DNA of 64,000 nucleotides from the NCBI RefSeq assembly GCF_021028975.2, contig NC_059439.1, positions 18,848,001-18,912,000 of the forward strand, written 5' to 3'. Positions 9,960 through 21,981 of the stretch are shown here, in pieces; the first letter of the stretch is position 1; each line of letters begins with the position of its first letter. The notes under the pieces are model-generated. The model was given only the letters and a program-made list of their open reading frames with translations, was not told the origin of the DNA and searched no databases. Position numbers and translations under genes: made by a program. Origin of the DNA: Sphaerodactylus townsendi. Its lineage: Eukaryota.

Positions 9960-10496
9960 GTACGAGTCACCCGAGGGGAGGGCATGGGGGGGGGGGTGCA
10001 TGCTCGTGCTCCCGGGGAGGCTGCATACGAGAAAGAGGCAGAGCTGCACTAGGCGTGGGGGGTGGGAGAGGGTGCTCCCTCCCCTGTCTGTCAGCAATGC
10101 TGCAGCTATGGGTAGCAACCGCCTCCCTTCCTGCCTCCCTCCCCCACGCGTCTAGGCTAGCAAGGGGTCTAGACGCATATGGAGGGAAGGCGATGTGGGG
10201 CCGCCAGCCCGCCCTGTCCCCACGCGTGGTGGCCGGGGGGCAGGAGATGGAAGGGGAGCCGAAGCGTGGTGACGCTGCTGGAAAGATGGAGGCCGGGCCC
10301 TTCCTGGGCATGGCTGCTTGAAAGCAGATCTGAGATTCTCCCTGGGAAGGAGGCAGTGGCGAAGGAGCTGGCCAGCAAAGCGCCTTCCTGGATATCCCTG
10401 CCATCAGGATCGCACATCTGGGAAGCAGAAGGGGTTGAGCTGCCCAGACTCCCCCCCCCTCCTGCTGATGCCCGTGCTCTCTCCTCCCCTGTCCAG

Positions 10497-10615
10497 ATGT
10501 GGCCCGAGCGGTGGAATTGCTGGAGCGCCTGCAGCGGAGCGGTGAAGTGCCCCCCCAGAAACTGCAAGCCCTCCAGAGGGTGTTGCAGAGTAAATTTTGC
10601 TCCGCCATCCGCGAG
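10497..10615 (+). CDS. LIN7B: LIN7B exon 2 (L27 domain)
   Basis: cctgtccAG / GAG|GTGAGC; 119 nt; (D)[39 protein letters not shown]. Confidence 0.98.
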
Positions 10616-10943
10616 GTGAGCCCCCTTTTTGGATCACTCCCTTTCCTGCTCCCTCCATTGCCCTTTGCCTCATTGATTCCCCCCACCCCCCCACCCACCC
10701 ACCCCCCGCACTTCAAGATATCTCATCTCCTCTCTTCCTGCCACTTCACACCCACCCTCCACCTGCGCAGTAAAACTGCCTCTTTTACCTGGCCCCAAAT
10801 ATTTCTTTGCAGCACCCTCAGATCACCTCTCCTGGGAACCCCACCTGTATCCTCTTCAAATTACACACCTGTTTTACTTTTCTGGTTCCACATTCTGTCC
10901 CATGCATAAGCTCTCTGACCACCCCCATGTCTCTTTTGGGCAG

Positions 10944-11015
10944 GTCTATGAGCAGCTGTATGACACTCTGGATATATCCGGGAGTCCTGAAATCCGAGCT
11001 CACGCCACAGCTAAG
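10944..11015 (+). CDS. LIN7B: LIN7B exon 3
   Basis: ttttgggcAG / AAG|GTATTT; 72 nt; VYEQLYDTLDISGSPEIRAHATAK. Confidence 0.97.
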
Positions 11016-11207
11016 GTATTTTAAAGAACTGTCATTCCACATCTTTTCTCCGTAGAACTGGTCACGCTCACACCCCATGTCACGCAAAATGTAATATTTG
11101 TTCCAAAGGGAGTGTGGTGTATTCAGTATAGACACAGCTGGGTGCATTGCGGCTGTGGGATTCAGTGGAAAGCTTTCCTTTATGTTTTTTAAACCAGGTT
11201 TCTAGTG

Positions 11208-11336
11208 CAGGGGTCTGCAACTTGCGGCTCTCCAGATGTTCGTGGACTACAATTCCCATCAGCCCTTGCCAGCATGGCCAAGTGATGGGAATTGTAGTCC
11301 ATGAACATCTGGAGAGCCGCAGGTTGCAGACCCCTG
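11208..11336. mobile_element. Palindromic hAT-type MITE
   Basis: TIR CAGGGGTCTGCAAC; TSD TTCTAGTG/TTCTAGTC. Confidence 0.9.
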
Positions 11337-13799
11337 TTCTAGTCCTTATATAGCCATATCTTCCACATCAGGGGGGTTAAAGGCACGGCACCCCTCTTCC
11401 TCCCCGGATCTGAAAAATCCACGGAAATTTACTCCCTGGCTTGTCTGTTAGTCAAGGGAGGGGGCTGGAGGGCCCAGCCCGGTGGCATTATTCTGCAGTT
11501 GCCAGTGGCCACAGGGTGACGTGAGTCCTGGGTGGCGGCACCTACTTCAGAGCTGGGGCCACGTGCCACCACGGGACAGTTCCCATTTACAATAATTTCT
11601 TATGCCAACTTGTAATAAACCGAAACAGTGAGGGGGGGGGGGGATCATGGTGTAGAAGGGATGACTGTAGTTGCAAAGGAATTATTAAAAGTCTGGTTCC
11701 AGGAATTTTTCCATAAGCGTTGGGAGTTTAATTCCGACATTGTTCCCTGTTCTTGCCCCAGGATTAATTAAACCAGAATAAATTAAGACATGGCGATGTT
11801 CTCACTTTGAATAATTTATGCAAATCACAGCATTCCACTTCGTTCATGCAGAATTCATGTTGCCTAGGCAAAAAGTGTGAGAGTGTTCCTGATTCTAAAG
11901 AGGCCAAACCCATGTTGGGAAAACTTAAAAATAGATTTCAAGCTGGACAGAAGCATGAAAGGGCACTGCAAGTCAGTTGACTTCATCAGCAATAGATTTG
12001 TTTGTTCTGACGGAGTAGCCAGATTCATCTATACCAGCATAAGTAAATAGGAGTCCAGTAGCACCTCAAAGACCAGCAATTTATTCCAGTGGTGGCTTTT
12101 GGGATTCTAAGCTCACTTCATCTGATGCATTGGAGTGTTCATCCATAGCGGTTACTTATTCTTGGAGTTACAAGAAACATTCTTTAAATGTAAATAGTTG
12201 CTGTGGATTTATGCTCCTACACATTTGATGCAGAGAAACTTTGGCCCATTATGCACCAGGTGTCCGCTGCATGGCAAGTTTTTTTGTATGGATGTATTTC
12301 CCCGAGCACCGCTTTCAGTTTCCATTCCCCCACACACCAAGCAACACCACTTGAAGCTTCACTTTAATTTTCTTTACTGCCAGAGTGGGGAAGATTTGGC
12401 AGCTTCAATCCACCCACCACCAGCCACTTCCACTCCCTTGCACACTTGTTCTCATCTCTCCCGCTTTTCAAATTTGTTATTACATTAATTTGTGTTATTC
12501 ATTGTATTGATATAAACAGAGAAGCAGTGCAAAATTGCTGTCTTTTATTCCATTTGAAAAGCAGGAAGTGTGTACATATATGTGGAGGTTGTAGGGAGAG
12601 ATCAGTTCTAGACTTGCTCACCTTTTTCAGCAGAGTGTGGTTTAGGGAATTTGCCTCTTTCTTTGGGGGGGTTGTTTTTGGAAAGAGGAACAATATCGAT
12701 ATAACTGCAATTTAAAGGGCTTCAATGAAGCTCCTTATATTGCCGCTACCAGGTGTGATGAGATCTGTGCCTTTAAGAGGGAGGTGATGGGCGGAGTTTA
12801 AAGAAAGGAAAGCGGAGGCCTGTTGAGACTTCAGCAAGCAGCTGTGGGGCAGGCACTGGGCTTCCTCCTCAAGTGTAAACAGATAAACATGAGGAGACCA
12901 CACTACAGCCCCGTTGTGCAGCTAAGAGCCCCAAGGTAAGCATTCCATGTATAAATCTGACTCACAAAAGCTTTGATGGGATAAACATTATCAGTCTTTA
13001 AGGTGCTGCTGCGTTCCTCTTTAGTGTTGTTAGTTATGTTTGTGAAATATGTTGCAAAAGATGGAAGAAGGTGGGTCCATTCCATGACTGAAACGTATCT
13101 TGGAATTTTTAAAAAAATGTGCACCTCAAAGATTAGCCACCTCCTTAAGGTCAGAGGTATCGTTTCAAATAATAATGCTTGGTTTGAACCCCCCCAAACC
13201 TCTCCTCAACACCTGAAGATGTGGATTAATGCCTGCAATAATTTATATTCTGCTGCCATTCCAAGGACTTCTAGGGCTATTTTCGAACCATCCATTTATC
13301 TTAGGATGTCTCTGGGGACATAACTGGAGGTGAGATGCCTTCTTGCACTTTATCTTGTGCTGCATCCCTTACTTTGGGCCCAACCTTTTGGATCCTGCAA
13401 AAAACAGACACTAGCTGTTCTGAAAGCTTTCTGGTAGAGCAGGCAGGCAGGGGTCCTTGTATGTAAGTAGAACTGGGCATTGTTCACTCATGGGTAAGTA
13501 GCTCATCAGATGTGTGATGTCCCCTGGGAAAACAGTCCTCTCCAGATGTGCCCCATGTTCTTTGTAGCCAATCTTGTTCCTCTTTATTCCTGTAGAGACA
13601 CACTCAGCACGACATGGGATAGTTTGATTGATGATGACGGGGGGGGGGGGGACAAGTCAAATGAAAATCAATACAACAGGGCAAGAGTGTGAACAGGCCT
13701 CCCATCAAAGCGGAAAAGACGTAGGAGTTAAAACCCACTTGTATGGTGAAAGCAATGTAATGCTTGTTAGCTGAAGATCGGTTCCTCTTCCTCTAGCAG

Positions 13800-14105
13800 G
13801 AGCAGCAGTGGCATAGGAGGTTAACAGCTCGTGTATCTAATCTGGAGGAACCGGGTTTGATTCCCAGCTCTGCCGCCTGATCTGTGGAGGCTTCTCTGGG
13901 GAATTCAGATTAGCCTGTACACTCCCACACACGCCAGCTGGGTGACCTTGGGCTAGTCACAGCTTCTCGGAGCTCTCTCAGCCCCACCTACCTCACAGGG
14001 TGTTTGTTGTGAGGGGGGAAGGGCAAGGAGATTATCAGCCCCTTTGAGTCTCCTGCAGGAGAGAAAGGGGGGATATAAATCCAAAACTCTCTCTCTCTCT
14101 CTCTC
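13800..14105 (+). mobile_element. Full-length tRNA-derived Squam3-like SINE abutting LIN7B exon 4
   Basis: A/B-box head (AGTGGCATAGGAGGTT...GGTTTGATTCCC); body highly similar to the copy at 21982-22278; (CT)n tail. Confidence 0.88.
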
Positions 14106-14115
14106 CCACCTCCAG

Positions 14116-14325
14116 GCCACAGTGGCTGCCTTTGCGGCAAGCGAGGGCCATGCACACCCACGGGTGGTGGAACTCCCCAAGACGGACGAAGGCCTGGGCT
14201 TCAACATCATGGGGGGCAAGGAGCAGAACTCTCCCATCTACATTTCCCGCATCATCCCAGGGGGTGTGGCCGACCGCCACGGTGGGCTCAAGCGTGGAGA
14301 TCAGCTGCTGTCAGTCAACGGCGTG
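14116..14325 (+). CDS. LIN7B: LIN7B exon 4 (PDZ domain N-part, GLGF loop)
   Basis: cctccAG acceptor; 210 nt; [70 protein letters not shown]; weak donor GTG|GTGTGT. Confidence 0.97.
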
Positions 14326-14917
14326 GTGTGTATCAAGTGGTGGGAAACTGGGGAGGACCTACGTGGGTACCTAAGTGAAGGAACGAGGGGTGGGTTTTAC
14401 TTGCCTTCTCCGCATTTGTTTAAATTGTGGACTGAACTTGGTTGGGATGTTTTGGCCTGTGTCTACCTAGCAGATCTTGGTTCAAGTATTTGTTCCGCCT
14501 CCTTGGTGGCCTCTGTTCGGCTTCAGCCACAGTTCCTCTAGATGTGAATTGTCAAGGGGTAATGGCCCATGTTTAGGTGTATGGCCATCATCAATAAGAC
14601 GGATGAGTTTATGTGGGGAGAGGAGGCCGAATGTATATTTTATCTTAGCAATGGGCGGTAACGAGTCGATGCACGGACCGTGGTAGAGGGTGGGGCAGGC
14701 GTTACGCAGGAAGTGACAAGTGATCTCTTATCAGGGAAACATAAAAGCATATTCCAAGGTAAAGGAATGACAATTTAACAGAGTCTTTCTCTGTGTAAGA
14801 TTATGGCAGGTACTTTCACCTGCGGCATGCAGGAAAGTAAATAAGGGTAGGCTGTTTGGTGACTGTGCTTTTAAAGATGTGTGCGTTGGCTTTTAACTGA
14901 GCTTATGAGGGTATCAT

Positions 14918-15103
14918 CCTGACCTGGTTAGCTTGATCTTGGCAGATCTTGGAAGCTAAGCGTGAACAGTCCTGGTTAGTACATAGATGGGAGACACTAA
15001 AGGAATTGCTATGTAGAGGCAGACAGTGGCAAACCACCTTTGTTTGCCTTTTGCCTTGAAAAGCCTACAGTTATCCGCTGCAACTTGATACCACGTTCTA
15101 CCA
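14918..15103 (+). mobile_element. 5S rRNA-headed SINE (5S-Sauria-like)
   Basis: GATCTTGGAAGCTAAGC...CCTGGTTAGTAC.TAGATGGGAGAC resembles 5S rRNA, followed by GGCAAACCACCT...TGCCTTGAAAA; related copies at ~18720, ~37683, ~63130. Confidence 0.7.
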
Positions 15104-15366
15104 CCAATTGTATATCTCCTTCTAACTCACCAGATGCTTACCACCACGTCCTTGCAGCTTTTGACTCGGTGGAGATCAGGAGGGGACATACACATTTTAA
15201 ATAAATACAACTGCATACAAACTCATCCACCTTGCTGATAATTGTCGTATAACTTCACCAGCCGTGAAGACGGGGAATAAAGGGTTGGACTGGCTATCTG
15301 TTGGAAAGGCCGTGTGATCCCGCCTACCCCATCTTACCGCTGTCGATTTGCTTCCGTCTCCTGCAG

Positions 15367-15530
15367 AGCGTGGAAGGGGAGCAGCATGAGCGGGCAGTGG
15401 AGCTTCTGAAAGCCGCCCAGGGTACCGTGAAGCTGGTCGTGCGCTACACGCCCAAAGTGCTAGAAGAGATGGAGGCACGGTTTGAGAAGATGCGGACAGC
15501 CCGGCGTCGGCAGCAACACAACAGTTACTC
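15367..15530 (+). CDS. LIN7B: LIN7B exon 5 (PDZ domain C-part)
   Basis: ctcctgcAG / CTC|GTAAGA; 164 nt; [54 protein letters not shown](S). Confidence 0.98.
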
Positions 15531-15817
15531 GTAAGACTGAAGCGTGAATCGGGTGTTTGCTGTTGCTCCTCCCCACCTCCCTAATCCTGGAAACAACCGT
15601 TCCTAGTATCTCTTTGGAAGGGGTGCTGCAAGAAAACCAAGTAGGCTGGCAATAAATAACAGAATTAGCCATCACTTTTTGCCTTCTTGCTTAGGTCTTG
15701 GAGGCATCTAGTTGAATACTCACTGGGAATGCCAAAATCATACTCAGGAATATCCTAGAAATGCACTATCCCCTTTCCAAATGATGCTTATTGAAACTTT
15801 GGGATTACCTTGAATGC

Positions 15818-16060
15818 TACTGTTCCACATGAAGATGTTAGTAGATGATATGTTCCTCCATCACAGACCCAAACATGCTGGACCTTCTTTGTTGTAGAAT
15901 GCAGCGCCTAGATCCTAGTGCCAACCTAGCCCTGCTCCCCACTATCTTTGAAAGTAAAAACACATTTTGTTCAATGAACTATAAATGCTCTTGTACCAAA
16001 GTACCATTCTCTGAAATGCACAAGATAATGGTGTTGACAAAGGCATAAAAGTTGCCTGTC
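15818..16060. mobile_element. Old Tc1/mariner-like MITE fragment
   Basis: Homologous to 27913-28261 and (inverted) 36355-36692. Confidence 0.6.
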
Positions 16061-16224
16061 ATTAATAAAAGCACGGGCTTAAAAACCAAAAGGCAAAAAA
16101 CCAAAACGATGCCCGTCTCTCAATTCTTTTAGATTCTACAGTGGAATCCCTGAGAAAGAAAAAAATACCTTGTTCTCCCATGAATTACTGAAAGCGGAGA
16201 ATTTATTTCAAGTACTCTTTCAAT

Positions 16225-16505
16225 GGCCCTTTCCCCACTTACCTTAAGCCCCGCGCTAGTCTCCGCAAGTAGCGCGGGGTCCCACTGCACTCCCCACATC
16301 AGGGGCGGCAACAGCGCAGCCGCCCTGACGCTGCCGCTCTTGCGCCCGCTCAGCGCGTGGCATCCCTGGCGCTGGCGAAAACGGCGCCTTTGGATGACCC
16401 CGCGCAGAGCACGGGGTCGTGGGGACACCCAGATGCGCGCCAGGATGCCGTGTGCTCAGAGCAGCGCGTAGCAACTCCAGCAGCAGGAGAAGTGGGGAAA
16501 GGCCC
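16225..16505. mobile_element. CpG-rich MITE with 3-bp TSD (PIF/Harbinger-like)
   Basis: TIR GGCCCTTTCCCCACTT / AAGTGGGGAAAGGCCC; TSD AAT; inverted homolog at 35452-35736. Confidence 0.8.
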
Positions 16506-18194
16506 AATGAAACTTACCAACACAGAACATCTGGGGGGGGGGGGGAATTATATGTTTCCTGACAAAATAGCTAGTGAAAATGGAAGTCTCTGGAAACCCA
16601 TCCATCTTCTCCCCTGCCACAAGGAACCCTCGAAAGAGGAATACAAGATCCATCTTGTATTCTGTGTTGGGGGGGGGGGGGGGGTCTTTGAAAATGATCA
16701 CTGAGAGAGCATTGCGCCACATTTACATGTCAAAGGTGTCATAAATGCCACGCCCATTCCATAGGAGCAACAAAAGGACAGTACGTCCCGGCCTTTCTCA
16801 GTTTGGCTGCTGCCTCTATGAGGACTTGAAACATCTCAAATTTGCATTGTAAAGCTAGAGCCTCCAGATGGTATGATTCATAACCCCTGCCAACATCAGG
16901 GTGCTGGTAGGTACCCTGGGGTATATAATATCATGAGGCTACACGCCTCAGGGGTACCCGTGAGTCAATGCTATGGTTTGTCACTTCAGAATCAAATGTG
17001 GGATTTTTTTTTGGAAGGGGCTGGGAGGGGGTTTGGAAACCTCATGGGCTTCCTTAAACAACATTAAAACAGCATTGTTTTTATTTGCCTAAATGTAGTG
17101 TGGATTGGGGTGATTTAAAGGAGTTCCCTTTAAATCCCCCCAAATCCATGCCAAATTTAGGCAAACAAACAACGCGCTGTCAATACTGCTTTCCCTCCCC
17201 TCCCCTCCCCCTGCTTGCCACTCCCCCCACCTACAGGCCAAAAAAGGAAAAAAACCCTTAAAATGCAAAAAAAAAAATTCAAATGAACCTCAAGGGTACC
17301 TTGAGATATGAAGGCCGAGGTCAAGGGTACCGCAACGTCGAAAAGGTTGGGAAACACTGAGCTAGAGCATATTCCTTAGTGTGCCATTCAACCTTTGTGA
17401 GAAACGCCTTTAAAAAATTAGAGATGTTTCTAGTCCTCATAGAGGCAGCAGCCAAACTGTGAAAGGCCGGAACGTACTGTCCTTTTGTTGCTCCTTCTTT
17501 GACAAAACAATAACAACATTTCTCCTGAAAGAAATATACAAACCAATGCCAGCACATGCCTGGATACTTCATTTTCGCAATGTGGAGGTTTGGGTTGCAA
17601 GATACCTGCAGGCCGAGATCTAAACTCAGTAACATGAATATGGATGGCTACAAATATAATTGCCAACCAACAATCAGATACGGGGCGAAGTCCTTTCAGA
17701 ACCCAAATTTAGCAATCGCAAGCAGTTAGACGTGTCTCTGGTTGCCCCTGGCCCTAGCATCCAATCTGAAATTCAGATGCAGAAATCTTCCCACAGTTGC
17801 ATAACTGAGAGATTTATTTTATTTCCATCTTCAGAGTCGGTCATCCTCTGAAACCCAGTACGAGGAGGCAACATAGGGAAAATCCGTGGCCTCTGTGCCC
17901 TATTGTTGGCCATCCAGGTTGGGCAGTTGTGTGAATCAGGCGCTGAATTAGATGACCCACTTGTCCAATCCAGCAGGACTCTTCTAATGCAGGGTTGGAT
18001 CCTGTTAGCTTTTTCACTCATTCTTGCCCAGGTCCCCTTCCCCATCCCACAAGGTTTTTGTCCATGCAGGTCCCATCATCCTTTAGCCTTTTTGGCAGCT
18101 GAAGGGACCCCTCTTCTCTTTTTCACCAGCACAAAAGCTAGTAGTTGGATCTAACCCATTGTGTTTTCCTGGTTAAAGACTCTTGAAGGCCAAC

Positions 18195-18591
18195 TAGGGG
18201 CGTACTGCCCATGGGGACATAGGTATCCCAGGCACATGCCATTTTGCCATGTGGGGGTGCTGGGCACGTGGGGGGTCCCTGTGCCTGGCCTCTCCTGCAG
18301 TGCGGCGACTTGGCCAGCACCTAGTGGCTCCCCCTGTGCCGGGATGCCACTCACCGGCTGATTTGTTCACCGCTGCAGCAGGTCGGCTCTCACATACCCC
18401 CCCCCCCCCCCGGGAAGCCAGGGAGGGCAGGAGCTGGTCCGCCACTGCAGCACCCGCCCATCCGAGCCACCCACCGCGAGCCCTGCCCCCCGCCCTTCCC
18501 TGTAGTTCCAGTAAGTGGGGTGCGGGAGTGGGGGCGCCCAGAGCAGGTTTTGCCTTGGGCACCATCCCCCCACCCCCCCGGTACGCCTCTG
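18195..18591. mobile_element. GC-rich hAT (Tip100-like) MITE
   Basis: TAGGGGCGTAC...GTACGCCTCTG; TSD AGGCCAAC/AGGCCACC. Confidence 0.75.
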
Positions 18592-18719
18592 AGGCCACCA
18601 CACAAACTCTCTGAGAACCTGACTTAAGTGATACAACCTTGTTGAACTCAATGAGGTTTTAGGAGCTCCAGACGCACAATAGACTCCTCAATATCATGAT
18701 GTCTAGTAGCCAAAGATAC

Positions 18720-18900
18720 CTTGATCTGGATACCCCAGGCTTGCCTGACCTCATTAGATTTCAACAGCTAAGCAAGGCTGACCCTCGCAAGTGTTTGGAT
18801 GGGCAACCTCTTAGGAATACCAGGCAAACAACGGCAAGCCATCCCTTAACATCTCTTGACTAGAAAACTTTATGGGGTCTCCATGAGTCAGCTGTGACTT

Positions 18901-18960
<60 letters not shown>
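18720..18960 (+). mobile_element. 5S-headed SINE ending in a (CA)n microsatellite
   Basis: 5S-like head, Sauria-type 3' part, CA repeat at ~18906-18960. Confidence 0.65.
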
Positions 18961-18964
<4 letters not shown>

Positions 18965-19451
18965 AGAGTGGCCTTCGTGGGGGATAAGAAAATCTACACA
19001 ATGGGGCCACTTAAAATTTAGGTTTCTTCAAACCTGGGGGAATTCATGGACTTGCAGAATAGTCTCATGCACAGAAGATAATAGTTAGGGTTAACCACCT
19101 CCCCCTCACCATTAAAAGGGAGAAAAAACCTCCATGAGTTTGGGTGACATTTTTAATTACCTCAGCAACTCCACTGGCTTCCAACATTATGGCGTTGGCT
19201 ACTGCCACTAGGAGGCAGCAAGGGCTGAGAAAAGTAGAATTGGATTCAATAAGGGGAAGGAAAACGGGCCAAAATCAGACCAGGGAGAACGGCGGAGTCC
19301 ACTTGGGGGGTGGGGGATTGATGGGGTGGGGGAAATAGTATTTCCTTTTCCCGGCAAGTCGATCCTACTTAGAATCAAGGGGAAATTATATTCCTGGACT
19401 GTCCATTATTCACATTTCCTCTTTCTGTCTTTCTCCTCTTTCTTCCAATAG

Positions 19452-19473
19452 ATCCTTGGAATCGCGAGGATAA
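19452..19473 (+). CDS. LIN7B: LIN7B exon 6, coding part
   Basis: Long pyrimidine tract then aatAG; (S)SLESRG*; the exons sum to 624 nt = 207 aa plus stop; the SLESRG end is LIN7B-specific. Confidence 0.96.
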
Positions 19474-19944
19474 TTGGCACCGTTACCTTGTCGCTGGGGG
19501 GCCTGCCTGTGACTTTTCCACCCGCCTCCTCCCCCTCCCCCCCCCCCCGATGGTTTTATCTGTATAGCAGGAGACATATATTTATCGGCCTTCCTCCCCT
19601 TTGGTGGGATGTGGGCTTTTATGTACAGTATTTATTCACCATAACCCTCTTATTTAAAGATGTTCTGTGCGAGTGACCGTGTTTGTGCAAATCTATATTA
19701 TATGCCCTTTGTAAACCGTGGGAGATACGCCCCCTGCCCCCCCAGTATCAAAAGACTGTTTTTCCTGTGGCACAGAGCTGCCAAAAGAGGGGAATGGAAA
19801 CTTCCGGCATGAATTGTTGCCTTTACCTCAGAGGGGTTTTTGTATCTGCTCTGAGTGAGGGACCCCTGTCTAATGCCAACCTCCTTCTCCAACCTAGTGG
19901 ATTTTGCACCTCCGCTCCTTGTATAAACAAGTAGTTCCCACATA

Positions 19945-20153
19945 GTGTGGTGCAGTGGATAGAATGGTGGACGTAGACCCCAGGTTCCGGCCCCTCCTCA
20001 TGAAACCCCCTTGGGTGACTTTTTGGGCTCTGTCACTTAAGCTTGCTTACCTCGCAGGGCTGTTGTGAGGATGAAATGGAGAAAACATTTGTATGCAGTC
20101 ATGGGCACCTCGGAGAAAGAGTGGGATAGAGTGTAATGAATATTGTTAATAAA
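19945..20153 (+). mobile_element. Old tRNA-derived SINE in the LIN7B 3' UTR
   Basis: GTGTGGTGCAGTGGATAGA head, GGGTGACTTT, TACCTCGCAGGGCTGTTGTGAGGATGAAATG core. Confidence 0.65.
20148..20153 (+). terminator. LIN7B: Likely LIN7B polyadenylation signal
   Basis: First AATAAA seen after the stop; T/GT-rich tract at ~20195-20225; lies in the tail of an old SINE. Confidence 0.55.
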
Positions 20154-20666
20154 AGAAGAAGGAGATTATCTCAGGACTCTTGCCTCTTCCAATCTGGGTC
20201 TGTTTTTTTTTCTCTTTGTTTTATGTAAAGGATAAAAATGTTAGGTTTGGAAACCTCAGTTTGAACCATGATGCTTACTGGATATCTTCAGGTTAGTTGC
20301 ACACTCAGTTGCGGGCCCCCTGCTACTATAAGGTCAGAAGTGTGAAGATAGGAATTGCAAAAACGCATTCTGGCTTCAGAAATTGTTCACGAGTGCGAGA
20401 TAAATTATACGTTCAGATAAGACTGAAGGGGGATTATGCCCTTTCCCTTATTACGGATTGTGAACTTGATGTATCTGTACAAAAAATAGTGACAGGTGCT
20501 ATGGTGAAAATGCTGGTTTCTTTTCACACGTCTGCCCCATTCGCATGTAACTCAAAGCAATGTATAACTTTCCACCAAAGTGATTGTCCCTTCTACTTTT
20601 CTCCACTACCAGCTGCATCATGGAAATAAATTGACACCAAAGGGTTCTGAGGGGAGAGGATATCCC

Positions 20667-21058
20667 CAGTGGTGGGATCCAAAAATTTTAGTAACAGGTT
20701 CCCATGGTGGTGGGATTCAAACTGTGGCGTAGCGCCAATGGGGCTGGGCGGGGCACGACGGGGGCGTGGCCAGGCATTCCGGGGGCAGGGCATTCCTAAA
20801 CAAGGCTGTGGCAAGGACGCAGCCGCTGCGCCGGTCCTTGGGCGGGAAGCAAATGCACGCAGGCGCAGGCTGCCACGCACACCGGTGCACCTCCTGCTAG
20901 ACTGCTTTAAGTTCTGCGCGCTACTGCTGAGAGGAGGGGCGTAACTAAGGCAAAAATCACGTGGCAAAATCACCAATTAGTAACCCCCCCTCGGCACACA
21001 CAAATAATTAGTAACCTACTCTCGGGAACCTGTGAGAACCTGCTGGATCCCACCTCTG
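20667..21058 (+). mobile_element. hAT non-autonomous element
   Basis: TIR CAGTGGTGGGATCCA / TGGATCCCACCTCTG; perfect TSD GATATCCC; inverted homolog at 55920-56338. Confidence 0.9.
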
Positions 21059-21574
21059 GATATCCCCCTCCCCTCTTGCTCTCTCTTTTTCATGTTAAAG
21101 TAAGACACGCACTTGATACATGAATGATTCCCAACCCAGCTGGCTTGGATGAGCACTCTAGGACCCATCCCGTTGCTCTCTGCGTGAAGTCCAGCGATGC
21201 ATAAACAGGAAGGAAAAATTGTGTAGAGTGGTTCCACTTGCATCTCATGCAATGGCTGCAGCTCACCGCGCTGCAGTGCTGTGTTTGACAAAATAACTAT
21301 GTACCCATGAAGAAATGGAAATGTGCAACAGATGGTTCACATAACTTCATATAACGCTCTTCAGAAACTATCAGGAGAAATGCCCTGTGCTATTTCTCTC
21401 TGCAGGCAGTAAAGATGGTGGGAACATCATTGCTTATGCTTGGCACACAGAGAAAGGCAGTGGTAATCTTAGCACATCTACTTGCGCAAAGATAGTTTGG
21501 TGCGCATCAGTCTTTCATGGAATCCAGTCCCAAGGATGCTGAGCGTGTGGAACCAATACTCTGATGCCACACTG

Positions 21575-21782
21575 CTGCCAGATGTGTTTCCGCACTCCTA
21601 CATTCCTGCCGGGTGACTTTGGGCTAGTCACTGTTCTTCGGAACTCTGTCAGCCCCACTTACCTCACAAGGTGTCTGTTGTGAGGAGAGGAAGGGAAAGG
21701 AGCTTGTAGGCCACCTTGAGTCCCCTTACATAAGAGAAAGGTGGGTATAAATCCAAACTACTACTACTGTTCTTCTTCTTCC
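21575..21782 (+). mobile_element. 5'-truncated Squam3-like SINE
   Basis: Body and tail match the other copies (GGGTGACTTTGGGCTAGTCAC...TATAAATCCAAAC). Confidence 0.75.
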
Positions 21783-21981
21783 AAGCTGAGGACAGGAAGA
21801 AGCAGGAAGAAAACTGGTGATCAGCAGGTGGTGCTCTTCAGTACCTTGAACAGGGTAAAGATTCATGAAAAAGGTGATTTTAGGGACATTTAGGGTTGCT
21901 GATGATTTGAATTAGTATTGTGAAAATGGTGGTTTGAAAAGTCATGACCCCTAAGATGAATGAAGGCATTGGATTAGGAAT

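Noticed and set aside
9589-10909. Many overlapping 70-250 aa ORFs around LIN7B exons 1-2
   Set aside because: GC-rich promoter and intron sequence depleted of stops; only the spliced LIN7B frame matches a known protein
14918-15000. 5S rRNA-like sequence
   Set aside because: Diverged, partial and fused to a SINE body; not a functional rRNA gene
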